From Ptychomitrium polyphyllum (lineage: Eukaryota): 64,000 bases of DNA. The notes beneath the pieces are model-generated. The model saw only the letters and a program-made list of their open reading frames with translations. It searched no databases and was not told the DNA's origin. Each line of letters starts with the position of its first letter. The first letter of the stretch is position 1. This document shows, piece by piece, positions 50,701 through 64,000 of this stretch. The stretch spans positions 9,734,001-9,798,000 of the forward strand of contig OZ316776.1 in NCBI GenBank assembly GCA_973851085.1, read 5' to 3'. A program made the translations under genes and the position numbers.

Positions 50701-52463
50701 ATGAATACCTTAGCTCCAATAAATGATGGTCCAAGATTTGTTATAACTTGACGTCTTTTCTTGAGACCACACATTGTGAGCGCCAATTAATGTTTAGATT
50801 GTACTATTCAAACCAAGGAAGGCCTAAGACAATAGGATTTGTTTAGTATTGAATGATGTTGAAGACAATCTTAGATGTTTGGTTTGCTAAAATAACTTCC
50901 AAGAATTGAATTTTTTCATAACATTACCGAGTGCAAGAGATTGTTTATTGATAAATTCAACAGATATGGAATATTTTTTGTTCACAAGTACCATGTAATG
51001 CTTAATTGCAAAATTCTTGTCCATTAAGTATGTTGTTGTATCAGTGTTCACAAGAGCTTCATTAACTATTTCATCATCTAATAATTTAATTTTGATAAGC
51101 AATGTAAATCAAGAGGTAGGGATTGGAGGTAATAAGAGACCTTGAATTGATGGTCATTTCCTTGTGGTATCCTGTCACATGGTTCCTACTGTGACTGAAC
51201 AGCCTCGTTTTTTACCTCTATTATTGTGCTTTGAGCCTTAAAAATAGATCCTTTGATTTGGCAATTGCACACTTTATATCTAAACTTGCCAAAATACAAA
51301 TATAGATTTTTTTCTTTAAAGCCTATCTTTTTCTTCTGGAATCAAACATCTAAATTGAGCAACATCAATTTACATAGGTTCTGATCTTTGTAGATGGCTT
51401 TTCAATAATTTTGAAGAAGTAATTGTCATACCTTGATGTACTGGTTGCCATTCCAAGCGTTATTGTTGGCGCTTCTTTAATAGTTTAATATCACATCCTA
51501 TTACTTAAGTAATGAATTTGTCCAATATTTCAACCTTTGGCATTGAAAATAACATGTCTCTCACATTTTCTTTCAGGCTCCATTGGAATTGTGTGATTAA
51601 GACCTTATCATTCCAATCAAGATTGTAAGCTAATTGTCAAAACTTTGCAATATATGTAGCAGCCAAGCGTTGTTCTTATTGTAGATTCTAGATTCTTGTT
51701 TCAGCAAGCCTCTCTCAATTGGAGTCTCCAAATATAAATGTCAACGCTTTTGTAAGAATTTCCAAGTTATTTAATAATGATGATTGCTTATCTTTTAATG
51801 GTATAAATCACAAATAGTGTATTATTTGATAAACTAATGGCTACAGATTCCACTTAAGTAGTGCCATCAAAGTAAATAGATTGATGCAAACTGAGGAAAG
51901 AGCCTTACTTGTTGAATAAAACTTCTCAACTTTAATCTTAATCCACCAAATTTGTCTGGCATATTAATCTTTAGCTTGGCATGGTTTTAACAAAAAAACT
52001 ACACTATTTATATTGGCTTGTTGCTATCAAACAACTTCTTAATATAGACTTTGAATATTGTTATTCAATTTTTTACCTTGCTAAGTGTGCTGCTCTAAAT
52101 TGTTGGTGATGTTGAAGCAAGCGAGTTTTGTTTGAACTATGTTTAATAACTTTTGAAAGTCTGCAATAGTTGCAATCTAATTTTCTAATGTTCCAGGCAC
52201 GCTATCCATTACTTTAGATTATTAAAGATAAGAAAATTATGAATACTTTTAAAGGGGGATATTTTGCATCTTTTGACAGATTGATCCTTCCTAAAAAGAA
52301 ATAGTACTTATTTTTAGAAGAAAAAACCAACTTACAATGACAACTTAGAAGAAAGTAATCCGCAACTTGTAAGACGCTATGGAATTCTAAAGAAGATGAA
52401 TAATCTACTATTTTCTTCAAAGAACCCTAGTTCTTATAAAGATGAAGAGTAGTCTTGCCAAAC

Positions 52464-52913
52464 TATTAAAAACACAAGAAACAAGAAGTAGAGACAAAGT
52501 GTTTTCAAAGAATTAGTTTCCAAAGAAGCAAAGACAAAGTGTTTATAAAGAATTAGCTTCTAAAGAACTAATGATTAACTAAAACTAATATAAAGACTAG
52601 AACAATGGATGATATAATATGATCCACAACTTGTGTTGGTCAGACTAAGGTATACCTTGTCTTGCCTCTTATTTATACTATGATGCTTGTATTTCATAGG
52701 ATACTTCTAAAGAAGCTTCCAACAAAGCTTAAGAATATTCTAGAAGTCTATAGAACTTTCTTAAGTTTTTCAAAGAAGTATAACCTTTATAAGATGTTTT
52801 CTAAGGCGGTTGAACAACAATAGAATCATTGAAAGTATACTAAGAAACTAATACTATGAATCAAAAAGTTCTAGAAAGTTCAAAAGGTTGTTGCATGAAT
52901 TATGTTCGTAACA
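52464..52913 (-). repeat. 5' LTR of the gypsy element
   Basis: Direct-repeat homology to 45490-45934; starts TGTTAC on the minus strand. Confidence 0.85.
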
Positions 52914-54625
52914 TGAAGTATAGTTATTTCATCTCTTTGTTTTTATTTTTATTTTGTATTTCCATTCATAATACCAATTTTTCATGCATGCTATTATATT
53001 ATCTTATAAGAACGTTAACGTCTATTAATAAGATGACAATTCTTTATATGCAACATATATTGCATATGGCAATGTTATTACATCAATATTTATAATACAT
53101 TTAGAATGTCCTATTGACTGTATAGATTGTATTTGATTATTAATGATGGTTCCATTTTTAAAGTTGATGCATGTATCTTTAATCATTCATTGAAAATTTA
53201 ATGATGGTAATTATTCACTTTACATTTAATAAACTATAATTTTGTCATCAATAGTGGTGTATTTGTAAGATCCAATTTTAAAAAATAGAATCAAACATCT
53301 TCTCCAATTAAATTAAAGTAAAAAAATTTACATCACCAATTTTATGTATTTATAACTTTATTTAATATTAAATTGACATAATTTGTTATTGTCTAAATTT
53401 TTTGAAAATTTGATGTAAATAATCAAAACATTTAAGATCATATTTGTAAAATAATTTGAAGGTTTAATGGCACTATTGTTATCCTAAATATGTATAACAA
53501 TATTATAGAAGATTTAACTTTTTACATTGTAAAATATTGACAATCTTGATTTTTGTTTTAAAGTTTATTATTCTATATACAACAAAATATAGCATTTATT
53601 AATAGTATTAAGCTTATTGTATGATCAAAATATATGATAAACTACTTAAAGAATTATCATCACAAATCCTTTACAATTTATTATTTAAGAACTAAATCTC
53701 ACAACACAAATAAAAGATTCCATTCTCATATGTTTTCAATTGTTCTATCATATGGTATGGTGAATTTTGTATAGAATTTTCGCATCGTTCCATGTCATGG
53801 TTTATTAATTATGATCAATCAAAACAATGACATGTGACCTTTTCTAATTATAAACTAAATTCTAGTGAATGTAAATCAAATTTAGGTAGTACATTCCATT
53901 AAAGTATCCTAGGTAACTGTAATCATCCAAGAAATGACTATTATGAAAATAGGTAATATATTAATAACAATCTTTTGTACTTGAAGGAACTCAACATTAC
54001 ATTTGAAAATAGGAAATCAGCAATAAACGGTAGTAAGTACATGTAGGAACAAATGCACAGAGACTTCAATCTAGATTGGTGACTTGGCAGAAAAAGAGTT
54101 TTACATTAGACTTGTACCTTGGAGTGATGCATTAATAAGGGTGTTCAGAGGGGCCATTCAAGAATGTTACGTTTCTCTGGCAGCTTGAGTGTAGAATCAC
54201 ATGTACTTGAACAGATATCTGCCTGCACGTTCCTTGCACTGACTTTCGCATCTCAGGTATGCAGCACATCCCACCAACACACACCAACCTGGTGAATATC
54301 TTACATGAAGCAGTTGTAAACACCCCATGGTTTCCTCAGTGTAACTTTAAGGGAGAAGCACCTAAATCACCTCTTGCACCCAATTGTTCTAGATCCTCAC
54401 CCGAAAAAAAAACACCCCCAAAACCCAAAATATCCTATGTTTTGGTATTCTCATGACTGGTGAAAAGGAGGAAAGTCATGTGGCATAGAGAGCACACCGA
54501 GAACAGTTTCGATAGTCTAGGATGTAATTTTTGTTGGATATTTGGGAGATGCCAAACGGAATCTATCTGTTGGTAATAAGTGCCTGCTACCGTAGTCAGC
54601 ATGAGATTGGCGGAGTAACATCTAT

Positions 54626-54651
54626 GACACGTGGCAGATAATCTACGTGCC
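54626..54651. promoter_or_regulatory. Paired ABRE/G-box motifs (GACACGTGGC and TACGTGCC)
   Basis: Canonical ACGTGGC ABRE core at 54629-54635 and a second ACGT box at 54644-54651. Function is not shown. Confidence 0.35.
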
Positions 54652-57600
54652 AACGGACTGTCTCTGCATGGATGGAGCGGAGGATTTCAACTGAAAAAGC
54701 GAGCAACAAGAAATTCTAGGGGCTCTTTCCCATAGCCCCTGATTGTATGGAACTTCGGACCAGTCATGAGTATGAAGTTGGAGTAGGCAGACCTAAGGTT
54801 TCACAAACTCAGGCCAGAAAAACATAGCCAAACAAACATTGGTAGGGCACGAGGGTACAGGACTCGAAGTGCATTTTGTTTGGAAGATGGTCATCAACAA
54901 ACTAAAATGTTACAAATTTAGGACGTACTGGGTTTTATCTCTTAGGCCCACTTCAGACTTTCAGACACTAAGCAAAGACAATGGATGGAGTCCTTGTGGA
55001 AGCTTGTCACTGGCTGCTAAAGTACACAGTACCTTTAGTACCTTCATATTTGTACTTTTGTCCTTTGTTTTATCAAAAGATGGATAATAAACATTGTTTA
55101 AGATGTGTGTCATTAACCAAAAAAATGATTTAAAGGCAGTTATTAAAATGATTAATAACTTTTTGAATTGAGGCAGAAGGCAATATCAGCACATAAATAG
55201 CTTCTTCTCTCATTTGTTGAACCAACACTTCACTTTTGTTAGCCTTTGTTGTTGTCTTGATTGAAGTAAGCCTTACTTGAGCTAGTTCAATCCGTTATTT
55301 ATATTTGCTTATTGTTATTGAATGTTTTAACAGCCCTTTGGTTCAATTATTTGATACTCACAATTGGCCCTCTAACATATTTTAGTTAATTTTGTTGTTA
55401 TCATTGTTCTATTTGAGTATCTAAATATTTCTAGTAATTAATATATGGTTCTATAATGTTAATGAAAACATGTTAGCATCATATTTTTTGGTCATTTTTT
55501 GCTTCATTTTTCCCTTTGCAAATCTTATTAAAAAAGAGTGTCAAACAAAACTTGCTAGACTACAAGGTATGTATGAAAATGTGACAATTAGTTTATTGCA
55601 CAAGGAAAAAAAATGGAACATATATTTCAATTGTAGCTTACAATTTCATGTAATTTCAATATAATCTTCAAAAGTTCTATGGAATATGTTTTTATAACAT
55701 TAGCCATAAAAACAAGTAGATTCAAGGGCTTACAACTAGAGTTATTTATAAAATGATAGGTAGTAATTTACATGTGTGTCTTGTGCCTTGTAGTAATTTC
55801 AACACCATGCTACAATAATGGAAGGATGAAGATACATGAAATATGAAAATGGAATACATTTTACCTAAAAAACATTGCTTATATTACATAAACCTCAATA
55901 AGAGATGAACATATATTATCATACTTTATTGCAAAAAATACATACAAAGTGGAAATTCAACAATGAATATCCAAAGTAAGAGTTAATTTATATTAGAAAA
56001 TTAAAACTCCCAAATTATTAAATTAAGAAGCAATAAAAACTTTATAATAAATATTTTAAATGATTTAAGTTTCAAAGCTCGACCTTGATTGATTTCACAA
56101 TCTTAATCAATGTAAATAAAACAAGTTGATACATCTTTGGCCTTCACTAAACTTTATATTGTGAAACTAAGTGACTTTATTTATATTTATGGAACACATA
56201 AAATAAGCGTTTCATCAATAATAATAATGTTAAATATTACTATACTAATGTAAATTTTATCTAATATCATTAAATAAGAATTTTGTTGAATTACAAATTT
56301 TAAAAGTCTACTTAGTAGGCATACACTCATCTTAGCTTTGTAGCATGTAATTCTATCATGATAAATTTTAAGCAATATTTGATGTTGGAAATCTTGGTTC
56401 TCTGTAAAACATACTAAACTAATAAGATATTTTGTAATCCAAATTATGATATTGTAACGCAATTGTGCCGCGGGGTTCTCCAATACACTGAAACAAAATA
56501 TAAAACCAAAGAAAAGATTATGGTCAATGCAAGCTTTGTCGGCAAATACCAATTTAGATCACCTTTTGATGACCAGTTCTACCACACTACGATATCCTCA
56601 CTCCAGGATATCCTCACTGTCTCAATCCATTCTTGGGTGGAATTGGTCATTTCCCGGCAAAGCCATAGTTTCACTGAAATCCATGACTGCACGACCACTC
56701 ACATCAAAGGGGCAAGGCGCATCTCCACAAACATGAGACAGGTGCTGATGTTCACCAAACAATTGAACCCCAGCAAAAGTCACCACTACAAGGACTGCCC
56801 CACGTGAAGCAGCAACGCTGAAGCTGCAGAAATACTGTGACCTGCCTCAAACCGTGTCCAATAAAACAGTGTGAAGTTGACAAATCTTACCCCGAAATGG
56901 TTTCCAAGCACTGCATCTGAAAAACAAACAACAGACGAATAGACAGCCAGAGTATAAAGTTACGGACCAAGATTCAGTGTGAAACGGACAAACTCTTCTG
57001 GATCCGTACCGAAAACCGTCGTCTCCCCTCAAACCCGTCACGTCACCCAAAACCATTTCGATTTACCTCGAAACGCTGTTCCTTAGAAATAACATATCTA
57101 CGACTGTAATACATTCTACGTAACAAATTCCACGTAAATGTATAGAATGTGGTACCCAGATTTCAATCACTGAAACAGCTGGCGGCAATGATCTACGCAT
57201 AAGGCATAGATCTCATGAAGCGAAATGTAGTCTTTCAGTAGAGGATGGCGGGCGGGTATGGGTATGCAGGAAATTATTCATCCGAGGAAGGAGAGAGTTT
57301 GAGCGTGTCGTGTGAAACCGACAAATTAGGTCACACGAATTATTTTGAGAAGCGGAAAAGGAGAAAATGGAGCGGAAGGGACGAAGAGAGTGAGGTTGAG
57401 GGGAGGCGAGCGGAAGCAGCCCGGGGAGAGCAGGAGCTTCCTTGACGCCGTCGCTAGGGTGCATGGTCATGCCGATTGGTGTCGCTCCACGCAGGAGGCG
57501 ACGGTGCGCGCTCTGCGCATTGTTAGGAAAGAAGTTTTAGAGAATTTGGTGAAGAATCGGGGGAGAATGAGGGGGACGAGGGTTTGAGGAGAAGGTTGCC

Positions 57601-57883
57601 CTTGCGGATGGCATTACGTAGGGCGATGGATGGCGCTCTGTGATCTCTTGTAGTATGGAGGCCGGTTGTTTCGCGAGTGAGCGAGCGGGCGTGTGGAGAG
57701 GGAGGGAGCGCCAGGGGGAGAGTGAGAAAGAGACGACACTTCTCTCTGGTGTGTTGTGAAAGGAGGAAGCGGAATTGGTGATGTTTCTGGTTTTTGGAGC
57801 TGGTGGAGTGTGTTGTTCTGATGAGAGAGGACGCGGAGTCCTCTAGAGTGAGTGGAGTCGTATGAGGGGGAGGAAAACGAAAG

Positions 57884-60800
57884 ATGACAAGTGCCACAGA
57901 GGCTCGATACAGGCTGGATAAAACGTTGTCGTCGTCAGCTTTGTCTAATACTGGCATTCTCAGTAACCTCGTTCGCAAGCAGCTTCATAAAACGAGTGCA
58001 GGTTCTTGGCTTTATACTCTTCATCTGCAGCTGTTGGTGTGCGTTTGAGATGAGCACGATGCTTTCTTTTAGTGCTAGTGTTGCGATTCTAAGCTCGACT
58101 ATTGAGCTTGGCGCTCGCGGTTATTTAATTTTTGGAGCCTCATGCTTTTGATTCTTTTGCTCTGCACCACCTTCCTTCATTGTAGCATTCTAGTAATGCT
58201 CGAAGAAAGAATGACTATTCTTGTTCGTCTTTGTCTATTCTCAAATTTTTATTACATGCAAAATAAGAAGATAAGGGAATTTGTTACCAGAGCAGAGGGA
58301 AATTCTATGTAACACGCACTCCTGGGATTCAACACTAGAGGATCGGCTCTAGAATTGAGGCAGGAGTTGAGAAGGCCTATTGGGGTTATTGGAACTTGAC
58401 CTGTGATTCACGGGTAATTAAGAAAGATCTTGAACAAGTGTACCGCAAGCTGCCTTCTGAGTTCTGAATTTTCTTGTATTATTGACTGAAAAGGCTACTG
58501 TGCGCCTGTAATTTAACAGAAAAGTTGGCAACTGATGAAGTTGTGGAGAAAAAGAGCAATCAGCTGCTGAAATTGTTGGATGCATTGAGGAGTGCTAAAG
58601 GAGAAAGGACAACGAAAGTTGTAGACGACGAATGGAAGGTGAAGGTTTTTTTCCGTTGAGAAACATAGACACAGATAGAGACATGGAGACATATATATAG
58701 AGAGACAGAGAGACACTCAGAGAGAGACAGAGAGATACAGAGAAATTCTAATTTTGCGTTTATTGCTTCTATTTGTGCAGGTCAAGCAAGATACTCCACG
58801 GTTCCGGGTTATGTATCGAGAAGGCCCAGAAGGTGCTCCATACCACTCACTGTGCTTGGATGGTATAATTGACGGCCCTATGTCACACGGTGAGTTTTGG
58901 TTGTCACATTTCATCATCTTTTCTCTCTAGCGAATACTGTGCAGTGTTCCGTTACATCGTTGAATTTCTAAGGCTCTGTCCCAGAACTAAGACTCCTGCT
59001 TACAATCATCGTTTGCTGTTGCAGCTTTGGTTGTTGGATGCGAGGTGCCAATGTATAAAGAATGGTAACTTAGCCGCAACTGTACTTAAATTGTGATGAG
59101 AGTATTCATTTTGAAATTTTTTCATGCCATTCATTTCATGCTAGCTATCTCGTTGAGGATCGTTGAGGGTCACTGGTAGATTTAGCACAACAAGCATTTT
59201 GCACTCTCATCATGTCTATATTTAGGTGGAGCTCTGTCATTAGTCGGTTTAATTGTAACTGTTTGGTTAAGAAGTATAAAATGCATGTTGAAGAACTGAC
59301 GTAGAAACTTGCAGGTGGCCACAGTTTGCTGCGCCTACGTTCAAGATCATAGAGTCAAGGTGGCTCGAAAGAGATACTGTAGGTGGAGACTACTCTGTGC
59401 TAAGGTATGACTTAAATGATAAAAATCAATCAGTAGTGCAACCGTTTCTTTTTCATCTTCTTTATCTTGTGTCTGTATTTTGCAAATTCTTTTCAATCGT
59501 GTGCATGGGTGTTTATTTTATATCATGGACGCAAGCTTGGTATCTTTCAAGAAGTAGTAACCAGTCCCACACAATTGCTTGTATTCTATTAATATGCTGA
59601 GCGCCTTCTCACATACACCTTCTGATAAGTTGCATGCTCAATGAGGAAGCAGCTCTTTTCGTTCTTCGTCCTATCGTTCTAATTTGGCATTTGGTGGGTG
59701 GTTACTAAAGGTTCAAAGTACCCTGGCCCTTTGCAATGCGCGAGGTGATTTTATCAGCATTCGAATTGGAGTATTTTGATGAAGACCTTGTCGTTGTACT
59801 ATATAAATCAGTAAGCACTAGAACCCCATGGTTCATGTTTGCAACTTGCGTCGCTTACAACTAGGGTCCAATTTGTGTTGTAGGTAATATGAGTATGTGG
59901 ACAGTCTGGGTGGCTGTACCCTCAGAGTACTTACACCTATATGCTAGTATATTTAGAGTTTCACAGGTTAGCAAATATTTTGAGATGATGTGTATATTGT
60001 CTCCCTCTTGGACTTGAGCAGCTTCAGTTATAAGGTTCTGTTGTTCTTAGCATTTCCTGTTTCTGAGTTTCCTGTTCAATGTAGGCGCCAGATGTGGCAG
60101 ATGAGAAGGTCGATGGAATTAGCAACAATCAAATACCAGAACTACATTCAAATACAGTTCGCATGGATCTTGATGGTGGATTTGTACTGCAGAAAATTGG
60201 CCACAACTGCAGTTTCTTTCGGTAATTAGCTATTTACTTTGGATAGTATTCTGCTTAGGGTTGGATACTTAGTGTTACACAGATGGTAATAAGATTGCCA
60301 GGACATAAGCCTTCTTGGTACGTGTATCTGAGCCGAAAAGTTTTTCAACTTCACGATGCTATAATCAATTGATAGTTAAAATCATCTTATTAGATAATGC
60401 AGCAACAAGCTGAAGTTTAGAACATAGCATTAGCGCTATAAAAGGAAAGGGAGTGCTTTAATCAAATGACGAAAGATTTGGTAAAGAATCAATTTCAGAA
60501 TAATTAAAGGTTGTGCATTATAGCTCTACTGTAACTTATTAGGTTTGGCGCAAGTGAAGTTAAGGTTTCAGTATTACGTACTGGTTTTCCATCGATCCTT
60601 GTTCGGTTTTCACCCTCTGCATCTTTTAATGTATTTTCATTTTTGAAATCTAATCCTGGACTGTTGGGAATGTATACAGAATCGTTGTGGATCTAGATAT
60701 GAAGCTAGATGTTGTTCCGCCGTGGCTAATCAACTTTATTGCAAGGCAGCTTGTAGGCCATGGCTATAAGCTCTACCAGAAGGTGACACCCTTATTTCAT

Positions 60801-62140
60801 TGCACCAATCTATTGGCAATATCTAATCTAACCACGAAGGATTGAGACAATATATACGTTTTAATAGGCTTAAAAGTTTGGAGGTTGTAACTGATGGTTG
60901 TTTACGTTGTTAAAGCTAGATTACTGGAAAAATTAAGAACTGCTGGGGTAAATTCTGTTTTACTTGCTTATGCAGGAACATATACGTTGTGAAAATGGCA
61001 TGCTTTTGAACTGAGTCGATGTTACTTGTTTTGTAATGCATCCATTTACTGAAGAGAACTGAACTTTGGCGTGTCTGTAGCTAGTGGTTACTGAAAACGA
61101 GTCTAATGTCTTGTTAGTTCTGTATTCTCCAGGCGGTTTCAGGGGTGAAAGGAAGTATACTGGAGAAACTCGCCAACTCTGATCCCATGTATAAGAGGAT
61201 TCAAGCTCTTGACAGTACCTCGTTAAATGTATATGATCCCACGCTATTAGACAATGATACCGCAATCAAGAAAGGCCCATACAATCAAGAAGAGATTGAC
61301 TCTATGGAGTCCGCTTTCAAGTCTTTGTCTGCCCAGGAGTTGTCGAAGATTTGCAAGCAGAGGTCAGAGAACATTCAGTTACAAGAAAAGCAGCACACTG
61401 ACACACCACTGAGTGAAAGCGTCCTTCATTCAAATAACGTGCCTATTTCAAATGGCTTATCTAATGGTAACTATGAATCAAATTCGAACGGCTTTGTACC
61501 AACTGCTGAAATAAACGTTAGGGAAGTCGCCACTGCGTCAGTTGAGCTGGAGCAGCAGCGGAGACCGCACACTGGGGAAGATGAACCTACTGATCCGGAG
61601 GTTGTCTGGGCTCTTGAAATACTTGAGAAACTTATAGCGCATTTTAACAGCGAAAAAACCGCTGCTCAAACTCGTGAAAGTAAGGATACTCCTGGTGTAC
61701 AAAATGGAACTGCAGACAATCCAGAGTCTGTCTGCTCGACGGCAAAGGTAGATTTCTTTCATGATTCAAATGTGTATCTAGATACCCAGGATGGGTCCTC
61801 ATCGCAGAAATCTAGATCACAACGTGATATTGGCGGACTTGGATCTTCACAGTTGACAGCACCATTAGTCGAGGTGTCAGCAGGAGCTGCTGTCGCAAAT
61901 GGCAATGAAAATGGAACTAAGCTTTCGCTTATCACGGGCGATTTTGATAGGGCTAGGAGGGTTCGGTCTGACGAGACCATACCCGTACCGGAAGATCAAC
62001 AAGTTATTCCACTCCCTCGTGCAAACAACAGACGATTCGGGTTTTTTAGGTTTAGAAAGAGGACTAAAGACAAGGAGGAAAAATCTTCCAAGAGGCTTGA
62101 CCAACCTCTGGTCCTTGAATTTCAAAAACCAGGTTTGTGA
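57884..62140 (+). CDS. START-like / polyketide cyclase-dehydrase lipid-transport superfamily protein with a long low-complexity C-terminal region; multi-exon
   Basis: Exon 1 MTSATEARYRLDKTLSSSALSN. Then EWK|VKQDTPRFRVMYREGPEGAPYHSLCLDGIIDGP, YKEW|WPQFAAPTFKI, KVPWPFAMREV, RMDLDGGFVLQK and DMKLDVVPPWLINFIARQLVGHGYKLYQK. Large last exon ~61132-62140. Confidence 0.85.
58657..58745. repeat. Imperfect (AG/AC)n microsatellite in an intron of the START-like gene
   Basis: agagagacagagagacactcagagagagacagagagatacag. Confidence 0.8.
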
Positions 62141-64000
62141 GATTTAGATCAGGTGAGACTATTTCATTCATATTTCCGGTCGTAATTCTTACTATTGTAA
62201 ATTTTTTAGCATTGGTAGCTTCTATGAACGAGATTCTACACATGTTACTACTATACAAGGACCCTTGGAATTCGCTTCCGTATCACCTTCGAGCATACTT
62301 GAATAATGCAAATCCTTTGTATTACCCTCCCTTAATGAATCATTATTTTATTAACTGTAGCATTACATAGACTGCTGCAAACAGCTAACAGGTTTTGGAA
62401 GTGCTGACGTATGTAGCATGGCTTGTTTCTGAAGCTTGCCCTGAAGGTTTCTTCCTTTCAGTGATCTGTATACATTGTTGATAGATGTCATTTTCATGGT
62501 TTAGACAATGTGTTCTGGGATGAGAATATAGACCTAGGTCCTACAGGTATATGAGTCTTGCGGGTATAGAAGAGTACAACTGAACTCTTGGAAACTAGAG
62601 TTCTTGTTTGTTTAAAAGTATAAGCACCGTTGGGAAGGATCTGTTGCGAAGAATTTGCAGTTATTGTCACAAAGCTGCTGTACCAACCTTTTTTGCTGCA
62701 TTTGTAGCGAAGTTGCCTGATATTGCACTCTGCTCTCATGGAATACACATTTAAGCTTCAGGGCAGACTGTAGAAGTTACAGCTTCTGAACATGTTGATT
62801 TCTGTATGATTCTGTTGAGATTTCTTGATTAATGCACTGGCAAAGTCAACTCAACTAATATTAGTTCAAGCTTTTTGATACTATAAAGGCCCTAGGTTCA
62901 CTTAAGTTTTAGGAAGTAGCATGAATCACCTCTTTCTACTTCTAACTTGGAAAGTTGGGACCCAATTTGCAGTTTCTCTTTCATGTGTAGGATTAGTTAA
63001 TTTATGTACTGGGAACAAACTCTGCCTGCCAGAGTTTCTCCTCACATTTTCTCAAATTTGATGTTAGACACAGTCACAGGACCTTGGGATTTCGAAGTTG
63101 CCTAAAGTTAGAGTTAGGCAATAATTTGGCAAATGATAGATGGCTTTTGGTTCTACTTTTGTCCTGCTAGTGCATTTGGAGACAGCTCTAGGAGTCTGTG
63201 GTGGCATTCATCATCAAGAACACTAGCTACACTTATTGAATCAATGAATTGAAAGAGGAATCTAACACAGCTGTACTCTACAACAATGTGATCCTTCAAC
63301 CGAGCCACCTCATGAGACAAAGATCCACTTTATTGAAGTTGTTCCATTTGGTTGAAAATATTTAAAAAATGAAAATACACCTACAAAATGCTTCAAGGTA
63401 GGGGTTAACAAACCTGTGAAGCACCCAGTTCTACAGAAGTGTATGTTGACCCTAAATAACAAATCTTGGATTGTCTAAGATCAAAGTTGACAAGGGCAAA
63501 TTAGAAAAGGGTGATGCTTGACAGAGTTCAAAGGCAAATTAGTGGATAAGATACGTTACTACAGATTTGACTGCCTCACAAATTAGCTAGCCCCTCCCTT
63601 ATATACCTTGACAATCCATGTCATCTGTACCTATACCCATCAGAATGCAAAAGCAGACAAACTAATTTGTACTGCAGCCTATAAGGTGCAGGTGTTGTTC
63701 CTTTTGCACAATGCCTTATGTGTAACTTTTGTTATTTATATAAAATCACCTTGGATTTGGTGTAAAGGTTTTCATGAAATTTTATAAATATCTCATTGCT
63801 ACACTTGTAACTCTCCCATTACTTCGACAAGGTGACGCGGTGGAAATGCCAAAACAGTAGAAAATTGACCAAAAAAAAGTAAGAAATTCAAGGTAATTAG
63901 ATCATCTTCCACTGCATCTTTCTAAGGTGACAAGTCAGCATCTTTGAAGCCAGCCCCACAATTATGATAGAATGATTCAATTATCCACTGGAGAATTTGA

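Larger units (their letters stand above)
45490..52913 (-). mobile_element. Full-length decayed Ty3/gypsy (chromovirus, Tf2/Tcn1-like) LTR retrotransposon
   Basis: Paired ~445-bp LTRs at 45490-45934 and 52464-52913, with a PPT (aaaaggagaagtga) before the 3' LTR. Domains: gag ~51.3-52.2 kb, protease EALVNTD.. ~51.05 kb, RT YLDDILIYS at 49837-50103, RNase H LEVDASNF ~49.6 kb, integrase 48.2-48.95 kb, chromodomain trace EYLIH..GYDI ~47.8 kb. Near-TSD TAAAG/TGAAG. Confidence 0.92.

Noticed and set aside
62400..64000. Possible additional gene at the window end
   Set aside because: Only short ORFs are present and I found no consistent exon chain.

Overview
This is eukaryotic plant nuclear DNA, with GT-AG spliceosomal introns and AT-rich decayed retroelements between genes. 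Gene and transposon style suggest a moss such as Physcomitrium, which is an inference. Genes from left to right: a small 4-exon, 77-aa gene missed by the ORF track (+); a neprosin/DUF239 glutamic-peptidase pseudogene (-); a large multi-exon gene with repeated (C)TFxPxI motifs and EF-hand-like segments (-); an intronless F-box gene (-); the WD40-cyclophilin CYP71/PPWD1 (+); a protein kinase pseudogene carrying a ~100-bp foldback insertion (-); diacylglycerol acyltransferase DGAT1 (+); and a START/lipid-transport superfamily gene (+). Mobile elements: a full-length decayed Ty3/gypsy chromovirus (45.5-52.9 kb, -) with a different family's solo LTR nested in its chromodomain region, a separate solo LTR at 7.6-8.1 kb, and several remnants. 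I found no rRNA, tRNA or CRISPR feature and no clearly new multi-gene system. The most interesting items are the uncharacterised TFxP-repeat gene (a candidate flagellar/microtubule protein) and the hidden 77-aa microprotein.
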